The notes below the pieces were generated by a model. It saw only the letters and a program-made list of their open reading frames with translations. It did no database searches and was not told the DNA's origin. A stretch of 51,713 nucleotides of DNA, from the NCBI GenBank assembly GCA_017455975.1, contig JAFTLK010000395.1:1-51713 (forward strand), read 5' to 3'. Of this stretch, positions 40,361 through 50,028 are shown piece by piece; position 1 is the first letter of the stretch, and each line of letters begins with the position of its first letter. Position numbers and translations under genes: made by a program. This DNA is from Clostridia bacterium (GTDB taxonomy: Bacteria; Bacillota; Clostridia; Oscillospirales; CAG-272).

Positions 40361-41566
40361 TTAACCCTGTTCGTTTCCCACAAGTGCAGAAACAATAAAA
40401 CCGTCTATGTTGTTGCCGGAGATCTGATACGATCTCGCTGTTTTGGGAATCGGAATCTTTTGTCCGTCGCTTCCGTTTGACTTGACGTAATACAGACAGT
40501 AAATATCACCGTTATTGGCAGTAATATAATACCGTGTTCCGTCATAACTGTAGTCCCGGATAAAATTGATATATTCTTCGAGTGCCAGACCCATATTCTG
40601 GATCGCAAGTGCGTTTCCGATGCCGACATATCTGTAATGCCACGATTCGTAGGAAATGCGTGTCACATCTTCCTTACTTGCGGAATACCGTAAAATAAAC
40701 CCGTACTGCGAGCAGTTCTGGTCGATCCAGAAATACTCATCCTTGCCGTTGAAGGTCCACATTGCTTCATCGCCCTCGACCTCAAGATCACCCTCGTCGT
40801 ATACCGCAAGGTCCATGGCATATCCTGTATGATGCTCGCTGTACCCCGGCTTCTGTACATACTGCTCCGCATAATCGGCACCGTTGAGTTCCGCCTTGCT
40901 GTCATAGACCTGCTGCTGTTGCTTTGCATTTCGGAAGCCGCTGTTGACCATGACATTGCGGTTCTCTGTTTCTGCGTAAAACGCATCCATCATAGAATTC
41001 ATCGCCTGTATGGTTTCCATGCGCAAAAATATACTGCCGCTCGTGACTTTGTAGCTCTTTGACTTGTTTTTATATACCGAGTAAACGTCCTCTTCCTCCT
41101 CAAAGATATAAGGAACATCGAAATTGACGAGGATACAGCTGCCGCGGTGAACATCTGCTGCATTGACAGTTGCGTACTGCGTCAGATACCCTTCCCTTTC
41201 CGCATCGGTCAGATACGGTCCGTACACGGTATTTTCCGGATTCTCAAACGGTCGTCTCGTTTTATCTGAGAAGATATAATCCCAATCGATGCTTCTTACG
41301 ATCAGAAGTGACAAGGACACAAAAATCATGACGACAAGACAGACAGCAAGCCCGGAAACCGCGCCGCGTCTCTGCTTTTTTCGTTTTATATTTCTGTTTT
41401 GATGCGGATGTGTTGTTCTTGTATATGCAGGCGCATATTTCGTATCGGTCGTCGGACGTCTGTTTGTTTGTGTACTGCGCGTTTGTCCTGTGCGGCGGTT
41501 ACGCTGTGATACATTTTGATTCTGTGTCCGTGTATTTGCTGTATTTTTGTTTTGTTGATTCTGCAT
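40361..41566 (-). CDS. M15B D-alanyl-D-alanine carboxypeptidase (VanY/LdcB-like), membrane anchored
   Basis: SGFR, PGYSEHHTGYAMD (SxHxxGxAxD) and ESWHYRYVG motifs. Polar low-complexity N-terminus followed by a TM. Confidence 0.9.
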   Translation of the reverse strand: MQNQQNKNTANTRTQNQNVSQRNRRTGQTRSTQTNRRPTTDTKYAPAYTRTTHPHQNRNIKRKKQRRGAVSGLAVCLVVMIFVSLSLLIVRSIDWDYIFSDKTRRPFENPENTVYGPYLTDAEREGYLTQYATVNAADVHRGSCILVNFDVPYIFEEEEDVYSVYKNKSKSYKVTSGSIFLRMETIQAMNSMMDAFYAETENRNVMVNSGFRNAKQQQQVYDSKAELNGADYAEQYVQKPGYSEHHTGYAMDLAVYDEGDLEVEGDEAMWTFNGKDEYFWIDQNCSQYGFILRYSASKEDVTRISYESWHYRYVGIGNALAIQNMGLALEEYINFIRDYSYDGTRYYITANNGDIYCLYYVKSNGSDGQKIPIPKTARSYQISGNNIDGFIVSALVGNEQG

Positions 41567-41701
41567 GAGTGACTCCTCACTGTCATAACGGAGGCCGTTG
41601 TTATCAGGCGTTGAATTTACAGCCTGTCAAGTATATTATATCATATCCAAATGCAAAAGAAAAGGATAATTCTTTAATTTTTCATGTTTTCTCTGAAAAA
41701 G

Positions 41702-41735
41702 AGCAAAAAAGAGTGTCGCAGAAGCGACACTCTTT
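41702..41735 (-). terminator. Intrinsic terminator of the ABC module
   Basis: Minus strand AAAGAGTGTCGC-TTCT-GCGACACTCTTT followed by TTT. Confidence 0.8.
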
Positions 41736-41746
41736 GGGGTTTTGAA

Positions 41747-42796
41747 TTAGCCGACGATACCGGATCTTTCGATACCCTGTACCAGGAATCTCTGGCCGAA
41801 CAGGTAAACGACGATCAGGGGTGCAATAACCAGCAGACCGCAAGTATTTCTGATAGCGGAGATATACAGGTCACCTGCCGCGAAGTCTGTTTCAAGAGAC
41901 TTGGGCGTCATGATGATATCGGGCATCAGTCTCATACCGGAGCTGGTGAAGAAGACGGTGGTATAGAAGTCATCCGTCCACTGCCAGCAGAATGCAAACA
42001 GGAAGATGGTAACCATCATCGGGATGGACAGCGGAATGATGATTCTGAAGAATGTCATCATCGTGCCGCAGCCGTCCAGGTAAGCGGATTCTTCAAGTTC
42101 GTCCGGGACACCGCGGTAGAACTGTCTCATCATGAAGACATACAGACCGTTTCTGTAAGCCAGACCGGTGATGGAGAGCAGAGCCAGCGGCCAGTAGGAG
42201 TTATTGAGGTTGATGGATGTGAAGTTGATCAGCTCAAGGCTTTCGGTAACACCGCCGCCCAGGAGGTTGAAGATACCGAGAATATCAAAGTATCTGAACT
42301 TCATGAACAGGGAGAGCTGCAGCGTCTGGTGCGGGATGACCATCGTCAGGACGACCAGTAAGAACAGGAGCATGGAGCCCTTGAACTTGAACTTTGCAAA
42401 ACCGTAACCGATCAGCGAGCAGATAAACGTCTGGGTGATACCGCAGAACAGAGACAGAGCAAGCGTATTGATGCAAGCTTCAAGGTACTTGGATTCTGCG
42501 ATGATCGCCTTATAGGTATCGAGGGTGGGGTACTTCGGAATGTACTTGACCGTGACGTCGATGAAGTCCTCGGGGCTCATGAAAGAACCCGTGATCTTCG
42601 AGAAGAACGGCATCAGGACGACATATGCGAGACCCAGAAGGATGATAAAGCGGAAGAACCACCATACAACACTGACGACAAAGTTGCCGGAAAGATACTT
42701 GATACGCATTCTTTCCTTTTTGGAGGTACGGTCGAATTCTACTCTGATTTTATCCTTAGTTTCTTTTGTGATCTTCGGTGCATTTTGAGCATTCAT
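41747..42796 (-). CDS. Carbohydrate ABC permease (MalG-type)
   Basis: EAA loop ESAYLDGCG and FAFCWQWTD. Confidence 0.93.
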   Translation of the reverse strand: MNAQNAPKITKETKDKIRVEFDRTSKKERMRIKYLSGNFVVSVVWWFFRFIILLGLAYVVLMPFFSKITGSFMSPEDFIDVTVKYIPKYPTLDTYKAIIAESKYLEACINTLALSLFCGITQTFICSLIGYGFAKFKFKGSMLLFLLVVLTMVIPHQTLQLSLFMKFRYFDILGIFNLLGGGVTESLELINFTSINLNNSYWPLALLSITGLAYRNGLYVFMMRQFYRGVPDELEESAYLDGCGTMMTFFRIIIPLSIPMMVTIFLFAFCWQWTDDFYTTVFFTSSGMRLMPDIIMTPKSLETDFAAGDLYISAIRNTCGLLVIAPLIVVYLFGQRFLVQGIERSGIVG

Positions 42797-42814
42797 CGTT
42801 AGTTCCTCCTTTCT

Positions 42815-43798
42815 TTATCTTTCCTGACGCTGATAGAAGGTGTACGCAGAGAGGACACCGGCAACAGCGGCAATGATCAGCATGACGATGATGAAGTACA
42901 TCCAGGACATAGCGGAGGACAGAACGTTACCGCTGGGCTGGTCATAAACCTGATCGATGTAGGTCATAACCTGGTTGTCTGCGGATGTAAAGGAGTCGAT
43001 AACCGTGTAGACCGTGTTGACCAGGATCATCGGGGAGATCATCGGGAGCGTGATCTTCCAGAAGGTTTCCCAAGTGGTCGCGCCGTCAATCTGGCAGGAC
43101 TCGTAAATTGCGGGGGAGATGGACTGCAGAGCCGCGAGGAAGATCAGCATCTGGACACCGGAGCGGTTAACGATATCATAGATATCGTTAACAAGTCCGA
43201 CGACGTAGTTCAGAAGTTCTTCACCGATGACCATGTTACGGAACAGTCTCTGGACGTCCATTGCGGAAATGATCTGTGCAGACTGTTCGGCACCACCGTC
43301 ACCCATATCCATGGAAGAAGTGTTTTCCATGTACTGGAGCATCTGGTTCTGCTGGTCGATCTTATCGATCAGACCGGTGGACAGAATAACCGGGATAAAG
43401 AAGATCGCACGGAATGCTGCACGACCGACCATCTTTTCGTTCAGCATGACAGCCATGAAGAGCGAGAAGATAACGATTGCGGGGATATCGAAGATCAGCT
43501 GCTGAATACCAGCAGTCAGCGTCTGAACGAACGTAGCATCGACGAACAGAGCTTCCTGATAGTTTTCAAGGCCGACCCATGTCAGACGGAAACCACCGCC
43601 GGTGACAATGTTGATTTTCGTAAAGGAGTACAGGATGGAGTCGTATACGATCGGAGCGTAAATGATTACGAAACCGATGATGAACGGAAGTACAAAGAGC
43701 CAACCTGCTCTGGATTTACGAGCGTCAAGAGAAGAGGCTTTTTTCTTCTTTTTCGGTGCTGCATTGATTTTCTGCGGCGCCTGTTGAACGTTATTCAT
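42815..43798 (-). CDS. Carbohydrate ABC permease (MalF-type)
   Basis: GWLFVLPFIIGF, VGLENY and EAA loop ESCQIDGAT. Confidence 0.93.
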   Translation of the reverse strand: MNNVQQAPQKINAAPKKKKKASSLDARKSRAGWLFVLPFIIGFVIIYAPIVYDSILYSFTKINIVTGGGFRLTWVGLENYQEALFVDATFVQTLTAGIQQLIFDIPAIVIFSLFMAVMLNEKMVGRAAFRAIFFIPVILSTGLIDKIDQQNQMLQYMENTSSMDMGDGGAEQSAQIISAMDVQRLFRNMVIGEELLNYVVGLVNDIYDIVNRSGVQMLIFLAALQSISPAIYESCQIDGATTWETFWKITLPMISPMILVNTVYTVIDSFTSADNQVMTYIDQVYDQPSGNVLSSAMSWMYFIIVMLIIAAVAGVLSAYTFYQRQER

Positions 43799-43816
43799 TC
43801 ATTACACCTCTCATTC

Positions 43817-46800
43817 TTAGTTGATTCTGATAAAGCTGAGCGCTTCGACCTGTTCGGTCTTGTCGTCAGTTGTATCTTCTTCGGTACCGTTATCATCAAC
43901 AGTTACAGTGACAGGGAAGTTGTTGTAGTTGAGGAAGAATACCGTACCGCCCTCGTATTCAACGCGGACAACCTTACCGTTATCAACAAGCGTTCTTGCG
44001 TTGATGTCGATAACTTCTTCTTCTTCCTGAACTTCGAGTTCTTCCTCTTCTTCACCTTCAGCTGCTTCGCCTTCAGCTGCTGCATCTTCATCAGCTGCAG
44101 CGTCTTCACCTTCAGCGTCTTCAGCACCTTCTTCGCCTTCTTCGTCCTTCTTACCGAAGAGTTCATCTGCTTCTGCTTTTTCACGTTCAAGTGCTTCAGC
44201 TTCTGCTTCTGCCTTCTTCTTTTCTTCGAGTTCAGCGAGGAGTCGATCGATTTCTTCCTGGAGTTCAGCCATTTCTTCATCGTTGAGGACACGGTGTGCT
44301 GCGACGAAGTCATGGTCGACGATCAGCTTGGTCTGGAGATCTGCGATGGCATCGTTCAGCTTGTTGTAAGAGCTGACAAGGTCTTCGTACCAGATATCGA
44401 AGTCGATGGAGTAATACTTGGAGAAGTCACCGTTGGTCTTGAGCTTTTCGGTGTTCTGATAGGACAGCTGGAAGTACATACCTGCGCCGTTTTCGATTGC
44501 CTTCAGGATCTGATAGTTCATATCACCGGCGTTGTTCATTGCCATACCGGCAAAGTTGACGTAGCCGTGGAGAACCATACCCATGAACGGAATCGTTTCG
44601 GAGGTGTTCAGGTATTCGGAGGAGTCAAGCGGAACATTGAGGATGTGGTTGACGTAAGGCAGGGAGTAATAGTTACCTGCATCGGTCATGACATCGCCGT
44701 ATTCTTCCTTGATTCTTGCGAGGAGTTCAACCGTGTAATCCTTGTTGTCTTCGCGGTTGTACGGATCCTTCTTATCGAAGTCGGAGTTGAGGTACTCACC
44801 GAGCGTGGAGACGGAAATACCGGTCGGATTGAGGGTCTTGTAGTTTTCGGTAAAGGTATCGTAGAAGTGCTCAAAGTATGCCGGGGTGATCGCGAGCATG
44901 TAAGATCTCATGTACTGCTGGTACAGCGGATCGTACTCTCTCATGTTTGCATACTTGGTGTTCATTGTCTTGACGAGGTGCTGACGTCTGTTCAGACCGT
45001 CGAAGATAGTGTTTTCAGCAGCATCTGCCCAAACAAAGTCGAAATCGGGGTAAACGCCGATATTCTTGGAGGAAGCGTAGGACAGGAAGTCCTTGAAGCC
45101 TTCTGCACCGCCGACGTTCTTTTCAACTTCGAGGTTGTAAGGAATGGTGGACCAAAGACCGCCGTTGAAGAAACCGGTCAGTCTGTAGTTGATGTTTTCG
45201 ATACCGTCAGCATTGAGCTGTTCGGTCATCGACTTGAGGTCTTCAAACGTGGTAAGGGGGGTCTGAACTTCTACAGGGAAGGAAAGAATCTTTTCCTGTG
45301 TCGGAGCAGTACCGAATGTTTCGATGTACAGCGGAATGTCTTCTTCGACATCGTCAGCAGTCAGTCTGGTCAGAATGCCCTTCTCTTCCATGTAATCTCT
45401 GCAGGCATTGACCATGCCCATGTAAGAGGTTTCATAGTAGTCATTGGAGCCGGGCATATCATTATCTTCAGCGTATTTCGGGTCATTGAGCATCGTGAAA
45501 CGAAGCGTGTAGTTGCCGGTATACTTACGCTTGGAGGTAACTGTCCACATTGCGGAGCCTGCACCGCTGATTGCGTCAGCAATGTCGTAGGTATCGCGCT
45601 GTCTGGGGGTAATGGTGGTCTTTACGTTGTCATACGTACAGGTCTTACCACCGGTTTCGGTAGAGATGCTTGCGAGTGCTTCGCCTTCTTCGATGATCGC
45701 AAAGAAGCCCTTGTTTTCATTGAAGTAAACTCTCTTGATTTCACGCTTCATTTCCCAGTCAACATATTCACCGAAGATGTTGTAGTAGGGTTCGACAGGC
45801 GTGTTGACGATCTCTTCTTCTACGACGGCGTAGTTTTCTACGACACCGTAAACAGGAAGTCTGACAGATTCCTGATGTTCGCCGGAGATCTCATAGAACG
45901 CGTAGTCCTGACCGTAAACCTTACCGGTGACAGTCTTACCGGACAGTTCTGCGAAATCTTCAAAACGGACGATCGTACCGGAACCGTCGGGAAGGAGCAG
46001 GTAACCGTCAAATTCATAGTTACCGCATCCGAAATAGGGGAGAATTTCAATGGAGGTCAGCTGATAAGCTGTGTCGTCAAAACGGAGACCGTTGACGGGG
46101 AATCTGACACGGAGAGTACCGTCTTCCAGATAGTATTCCAATGCCATCTTGAAGAGTGCGGGCGCCGTATTGGTACCTTCGTACTCTGTCATTTCATGGT
46201 CCTTGTCCAGTTCATCGTAGGTGTACAGCGGGCAGTGTTCGAGGATGTAACCTTCAATGAGGTTCAACTCACGGTCGGTTGCATACGGGTCGAAGACATA
46301 AACCGCCATCTTCTGCGTGATCGGGAAGGTTGCCATCATTTCCTTGACACCACGGTCAGTCAGAGAAGGATCGTCCGGGTCCTTGAGGGAGTAGAACGCA
46401 TTCATCTTCTTGAGGGCAAATTCGTTGCCCTGGAGATTTGCAAGGATCTGTTCCTCAAAACGGTTCTTTTCGATCTGTCTCGGAACCAGCTTACGGGTCT
46501 CTTCACGACCGATGGAGTACTCGACACGAACACCGTTCTTGATGTTCTTGATCTTGATCTGTTCTCTTTCCGCAGCTTCTTCAAAGCTGTAGTAGGTGGA
46601 TTCCTTATCGTTGTCAAGGTACTTGACAATGACCTGAGAAAGCAGCTTGGACTTAATGTCCTCAGAAGAACCCTTCGAGTACTGGTTGATGTTGAAAGGG
46701 TTGGAGAAAAGAGTCTGGCCGAAGAGATTGTCATGGTATGCAATCTCACCGGTGTAAGATTCTACATACAGAGAGTATCTGCCGTCAGCAGAAGTGACCA

Positions 46801-46978
46801 TTTCGGTCATCGCAGCAAGCTTTTCTTCTGCTGTTTCGTATACCTCCGTCATGTATTCGATGGTATTGGTTTCTTCTTCAGTTTCTTCCTCATCTGCGGC
46901 AGCAACCGGAAGAATTGCGAAGGTGCTGAAGATCATCAGGAATGCCAGTATTCCGGAAAGTAATCTGAATTTTTTCAT
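43817..46978 (-). CDS. Secreted DUF5696-type protein
   Basis: Start at ATG 46978 (AAGGAG RBS), Sec signal ending VAA-A. LLLPDGSG, RLPVYG, PLTTFEDL, GFFNGG, GVYPDFDF and ETIPFMGMVLHG motifs. 1053 aa. Confidence 0.75.
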   Translation of the reverse strand: MKKFRLLSGILAFLMIFSTFAILPVAAADEEETEEETNTIEYMTEVYETAEEKLAAMTEMVTSADGRYSLYVESYTGEIAYHDNLFGQTLFSNPFNINQYSKGSSEDIKSKLLSQVIVKYLDNDKESTYYSFEEAAEREQIKIKNIKNGVRVEYSIGREETRKLVPRQIEKNRFEEQILANLQGNEFALKKMNAFYSLKDPDDPSLTDRGVKEMMATFPITQKMAVYVFDPYATDRELNLIEGYILEHCPLYTYDELDKDHEMTEYEGTNTAPALFKMALEYYLEDGTLRVRFPVNGLRFDDTAYQLTSIEILPYFGCGNYEFDGYLLLPDGSGTIVRFEDFAELSGKTVTGKVYGQDYAFYEISGEHQESVRLPVYGVVENYAVVEEEIVNTPVEPYYNIFGEYVDWEMKREIKRVYFNENKGFFAIIEEGEALASISTETGGKTCTYDNVKTTITPRQRDTYDIADAISGAGSAMWTVTSKRKYTGNYTLRFTMLNDPKYAEDNDMPGSNDYYETSYMGMVNACRDYMEEKGILTRLTADDVEEDIPLYIETFGTAPTQEKILSFPVEVQTPLTTFEDLKSMTEQLNADGIENINYRLTGFFNGGLWSTIPYNLEVEKNVGGAEGFKDFLSYASSKNIGVYPDFDFVWADAAENTIFDGLNRRQHLVKTMNTKYANMREYDPLYQQYMRSYMLAITPAYFEHFYDTFTENYKTLNPTGISVSTLGEYLNSDFDKKDPYNREDNKDYTVELLARIKEEYGDVMTDAGNYYSLPYVNHILNVPLDSSEYLNTSETIPFMGMVLHGYVNFAGMAMNNAGDMNYQILKAIENGAGMYFQLSYQNTEKLKTNGDFSKYYSIDFDIWYEDLVSSYNKLNDAIADLQTKLIVDHDFVAAHRVLNDEEMAELQEEIDRLLAELEEKKKAEAEAEALEREKAEADELFGKKDEEGEEGAEDAEGEDAAADEDAAAEGEAAEGEEEEELEVQEEEEVIDINARTLVDNGKVVRVEYEGGTVFFLNYNNFPVTVTVDDNGTEEDTTDDKTEQVEALSFIRIN

Positions 46979-46995
46979 TTTTAACTCCTTTCCGA

Positions 46996-49134
46996 TTAAA
47001 TACGGTACGAAATTTCTACGACGATAGCGGTAACGAAGGACACGATGTTGTTTGCAAGACCGGAGAAGAGGACTGCGACGAACATGATGAACGCCATACC
47101 GACGATCGTGCAGACGCACATGATGAGGTTCTTACCGAAGGAATAGTCATGGGTGACCATGGATCCGAAGACGATGAGCAGACCGACCCAGATGAAGGAG
47201 AAGGTGAGCAGCAGGTTCAGGATGGAAACTTCGGCAATTGTCAGGAAGTGCGTGCAGATGGTGATGGGGAACATGAACAGCGGAATCGGAACGAGTGCGT
47301 AACCGGTCGCGATGAAGATATCCTTAAAGGAGCCTTCGCCGTCGAACAGGGTGGTCAGACACCAGTTCGCAGATGCCCACAGCAGGAACGGAACCATAAT
47401 GGAGGTAATGGTTGCGAGGATGTTCATGTAAGAGTTGTAGGGGTTAACGAGGTAGGAAGAACCGACGGACTTGTAGGTGAAGGCGAGGATCGTCATGCCG
47501 ATGTAGAAGAATGCACCGCGAATGGAACCGCGCTTTTCATGCTTCAGATCCCAGAAGCCGTCGAACGGATGGAAGATGACCCAGAAGCCGTACATGATTT
47601 CTTCCCAGAAGGTACGCTTACCAACCTTGGTGTGACCCTTGACGTTGATCTTGTATGCGTACTTGAAGAACAGGGAGTATGCGAGGATTGCAACGACGAC
47701 GACAACGATAACTACCATGACATACTTCTTGACCCAGTCCTGACGCCACATAGCAAATGCTGCGGAGTAGTTCTCGGTATCGTATGCGGACTTATAGTAG
47801 TCCATTGCTTCTTCGTAATCACCGGATCTGTAAAGAGCCTTACCGATACCGATGTACGCTTCGTCGAAGTTGGAGTTTCTCTGGAGAATGTTGGTCCAGT
47901 CTTCCTGAGAAAGGTCATACTGTCTTTCTCTGTTATGCTGGATGGCCGTCAGCAGAAGGTCGCCGTATTCGGTTCTCTTGTAAACCGTGACGTTGTTCGC
48001 GGTCTTGTCGAGGACGAGAATGTCATTGCCCTTGTATGCGATAGCCTGAATGGAGGAAAGGTTACCGGTCTGCATACCGGAGTCGCCGAAGATGAACAGG
48101 AGCTTACCTTCTTCATCGTAGGTATAGATCTTCTGTCTCTTTTCGTCGATGATGGACCAGGTACCCTGCGGGCCGAGTGCAACGTCGATGATCTTGGACG
48201 GACCGCCGATATCGTTGTTGGACGCGCCTGTGTTCATGACGGAAACTTCACCGCCGGGAGCGAAGAAGCCGTTTCTCTTCAGAATGTCGGAACCTGCGGT
48301 ATTCAGCTTCTTAACGGGAGCATTGCCTGCATCCTTGGAGGTAATTGCAGCCTGCTGTGCAGCTTCGTCGATGGAAGAGGTGGTAACGTAGATGAAGCCG
48401 TCTTCATCAATGGTGATGTTGTTAAATTCAGTGGAGACATACTGGGTGGAGGTTTCACGCTGCTCCTTGGTCTGAATTCTTCTCCACAGAATATCGATTG
48501 CGGAGATGTTGACCTGCTGAGCACCGATAAAGCCCTGGAATTCTCCGTCTGGAGCGATGGAGATGACACCCATGTAGGTGGTCGAAGAAACGATGTACAT
48601 TCTGCCCGCAGCATCTACCGCCAGTGCAACCGGCTTATAGATGGAGTTTTCCGGGAAGACGTCGGATCTGGGTTCTTCGATGGTTTCTACATATTCGCCT
48701 TCAAGGTCGAACAGAACGATACGGTTGTTATCGGTATCTGCAACATAGATGAATTCGTCGGTGACGAAGACACCCTGCGGGTTAGCCAAGGAGTCCGGGA
48801 CACCCTGATCGTTTGTAAATTCGCTGATTTCAAACGTGTACTGCAGGTAGCGGTTGCAGACAATGATTCTGTTGTTGGTAGCATCCGCAATGTAAACCTT
48901 ATTGTTCTTGTCAACAAACAGGTCACGGGGAGAGTCCATCGGCTTTGCAGCGTCAAGACCCATGGCTGCGGAGTCAACAATCATATCCGGAGTATATGCG
49001 TCGGGGGAAGCTGCGTACATACCGTCGATATCGTAGGTATAGGTGGAGTACGGCGTGATTGCCATAACAGACAGGGAGCCGAACACCATCAGACAAACCA
49101 TAACGAGGGTAATCAGTTTCATTAAGTTTTTCAT
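46996..49134 (-). CDS. NHL beta-propeller + TPR + Yip1-domain membrane protein
   Basis: Signal peptide; NHL repeats (PRDLFVD..VYIADATNNRI, PQGVFVT..IYVADTDNNRI); TPR (AYIGIGKALYRSGDYEEAMDYY); TM; Yip1-like HPFDGFWDLKHEKRGS plus several TMs. Confidence 0.85.
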   Translation of the reverse strand: MKNLMKLITLVMVCLMVFGSLSVMAITPYSTYTYDIDGMYAASPDAYTPDMIVDSAAMGLDAAKPMDSPRDLFVDKNNKVYIADATNNRIIVCNRYLQYTFEISEFTNDQGVPDSLANPQGVFVTDEFIYVADTDNNRIVLFDLEGEYVETIEEPRSDVFPENSIYKPVALAVDAAGRMYIVSSTTYMGVISIAPDGEFQGFIGAQQVNISAIDILWRRIQTKEQRETSTQYVSTEFNNITIDEDGFIYVTTSSIDEAAQQAAITSKDAGNAPVKKLNTAGSDILKRNGFFAPGGEVSVMNTGASNNDIGGPSKIIDVALGPQGTWSIIDEKRQKIYTYDEEGKLLFIFGDSGMQTGNLSSIQAIAYKGNDILVLDKTANNVTVYKRTEYGDLLLTAIQHNRERQYDLSQEDWTNILQRNSNFDEAYIGIGKALYRSGDYEEAMDYYKSAYDTENYSAAFAMWRQDWVKKYVMVVIVVVVVAILAYSLFFKYAYKINVKGHTKVGKRTFWEEIMYGFWVIFHPFDGFWDLKHEKRGSIRGAFFYIGMTILAFTYKSVGSSYLVNPYNSYMNILATITSIMVPFLLWASANWCLTTLFDGEGSFKDIFIATGYALVPIPLFMFPITICTHFLTIAEVSILNLLLTFSFIWVGLLIVFGSMVTHDYSFGKNLIMCVCTIVGMAFIMFVAVLFSGLANNIVSFVTAIVVEISYRI

Positions 49135-49151
49135 GTTTTACCCTCCTGTGA

Positions 49152-50027
49152 TTAGTCTTTCATACCGGACGAACCCATGGTTTCGATGATGTTGGACTGC
49201 GTGATGACGAAGACCGTGATCGGGACGATCATCATGATGACCGTAGAAGCGGCACCGGCACCTGCACGGACAATACCACCGGCAAGGATCTGGCTGATTG
49301 CGTAGTTGAACGTCTTGAGTTCCTCAGAATAGATGTAAATGGAAGTACCGGAGTTCCACAGACCCTGGAAGGAGTAAACGATCAGGGTCAGCCACGCGGG
49401 CTTAACCATCGGCATTGCGATCGTTAAGAAGGTTCTGAATTCGGATGCACCGTCGAGACGTGCGGATTCAAGAACTGCGTCGGAGACAGAGGATTCCATG
49501 AACTGCTTCATGAGGTACAGACCCAGCGTAGAAGCGAAGGTCGGGATGATGATTGCGAGGTAGGTGTCGACCCAACCGAGCGCGGTCATAACGATGAAGT
49601 TACAGATACCGGTAACGGTGGAGTTGAACATCAGGGAGAGGACGATTGTCTGGAAGAAGAATTCACGTCCGGGGAAGCGGATCTTTGCGAGTGCATAAGC
49701 TGCGAGAGAGGAGAGGATCAGGTTACCGGTCGTACCGACAACAGCGATGAGGATCGTGTTGAAGATATAACGGGAGAACGGGACCCAGGAGGTGCTCATC
49801 AGTCGGAAGAGGTCACCGAAGTTCTTGAGTGTCGGGTTGACAACGTAGAATCTCGGCGGGAAGATCCAAAGCTCATCGAGGGGCTTCAGTGCCTGCATGA
49901 TCGCGTAGACCATGGGGAGGAACATAAATGCACCGAGGAGGACGAGCATGACCGTGATACCGGCGTCACCGCCGGCAGAACGGTTGAGGACAACTTTATG
50001 ATTTCTTGTTCTTAACTTTTTGCTCAT
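49152..50027 (-). CDS. Carbohydrate ABC permease (MalG-type)
   Basis: PPRFYVVNPT, ESARLDGASE and QGLWN motifs. Confidence 0.93.
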   Translation of the reverse strand: MSKKLRTRNHKVVLNRSAGGDAGITVMLVLLGAFMFLPMVYAIMQALKPLDELWIFPPRFYVVNPTLKNFGDLFRLMSTSWVPFSRYIFNTILIAVVGTTGNLILSSLAAYALAKIRFPGREFFFQTIVLSLMFNSTVTGICNFIVMTALGWVDTYLAIIIPTFASTLGLYLMKQFMESSVSDAVLESARLDGASEFRTFLTIAMPMVKPAWLTLIVYSFQGLWNSGTSIYIYSEELKTFNYAISQILAGGIVRAGAGAASTVIMMIVPITVFVITQSNIIETMGSSGMKD

Positions 50028-50028
50028 A

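Noticed and set aside
40361-41566. VanY-like peptidase as vancomycin resistance
   Set aside because: No vanHAX ligase cluster or vanRS is adjacent. M15B carboxypeptidases are ordinary cell-wall enzymes.
43784-49125. Very long plus-strand ORFs (1059 aa at 43784-46963, 658 aa at 47149-49125) and similar antisense ORFs across the window
   Set aside because: They shadow well-supported minus-strand genes. The translations have no motifs or RBS and are rich in V/D/F/H, as expected from the codon bias of the opposite strand.
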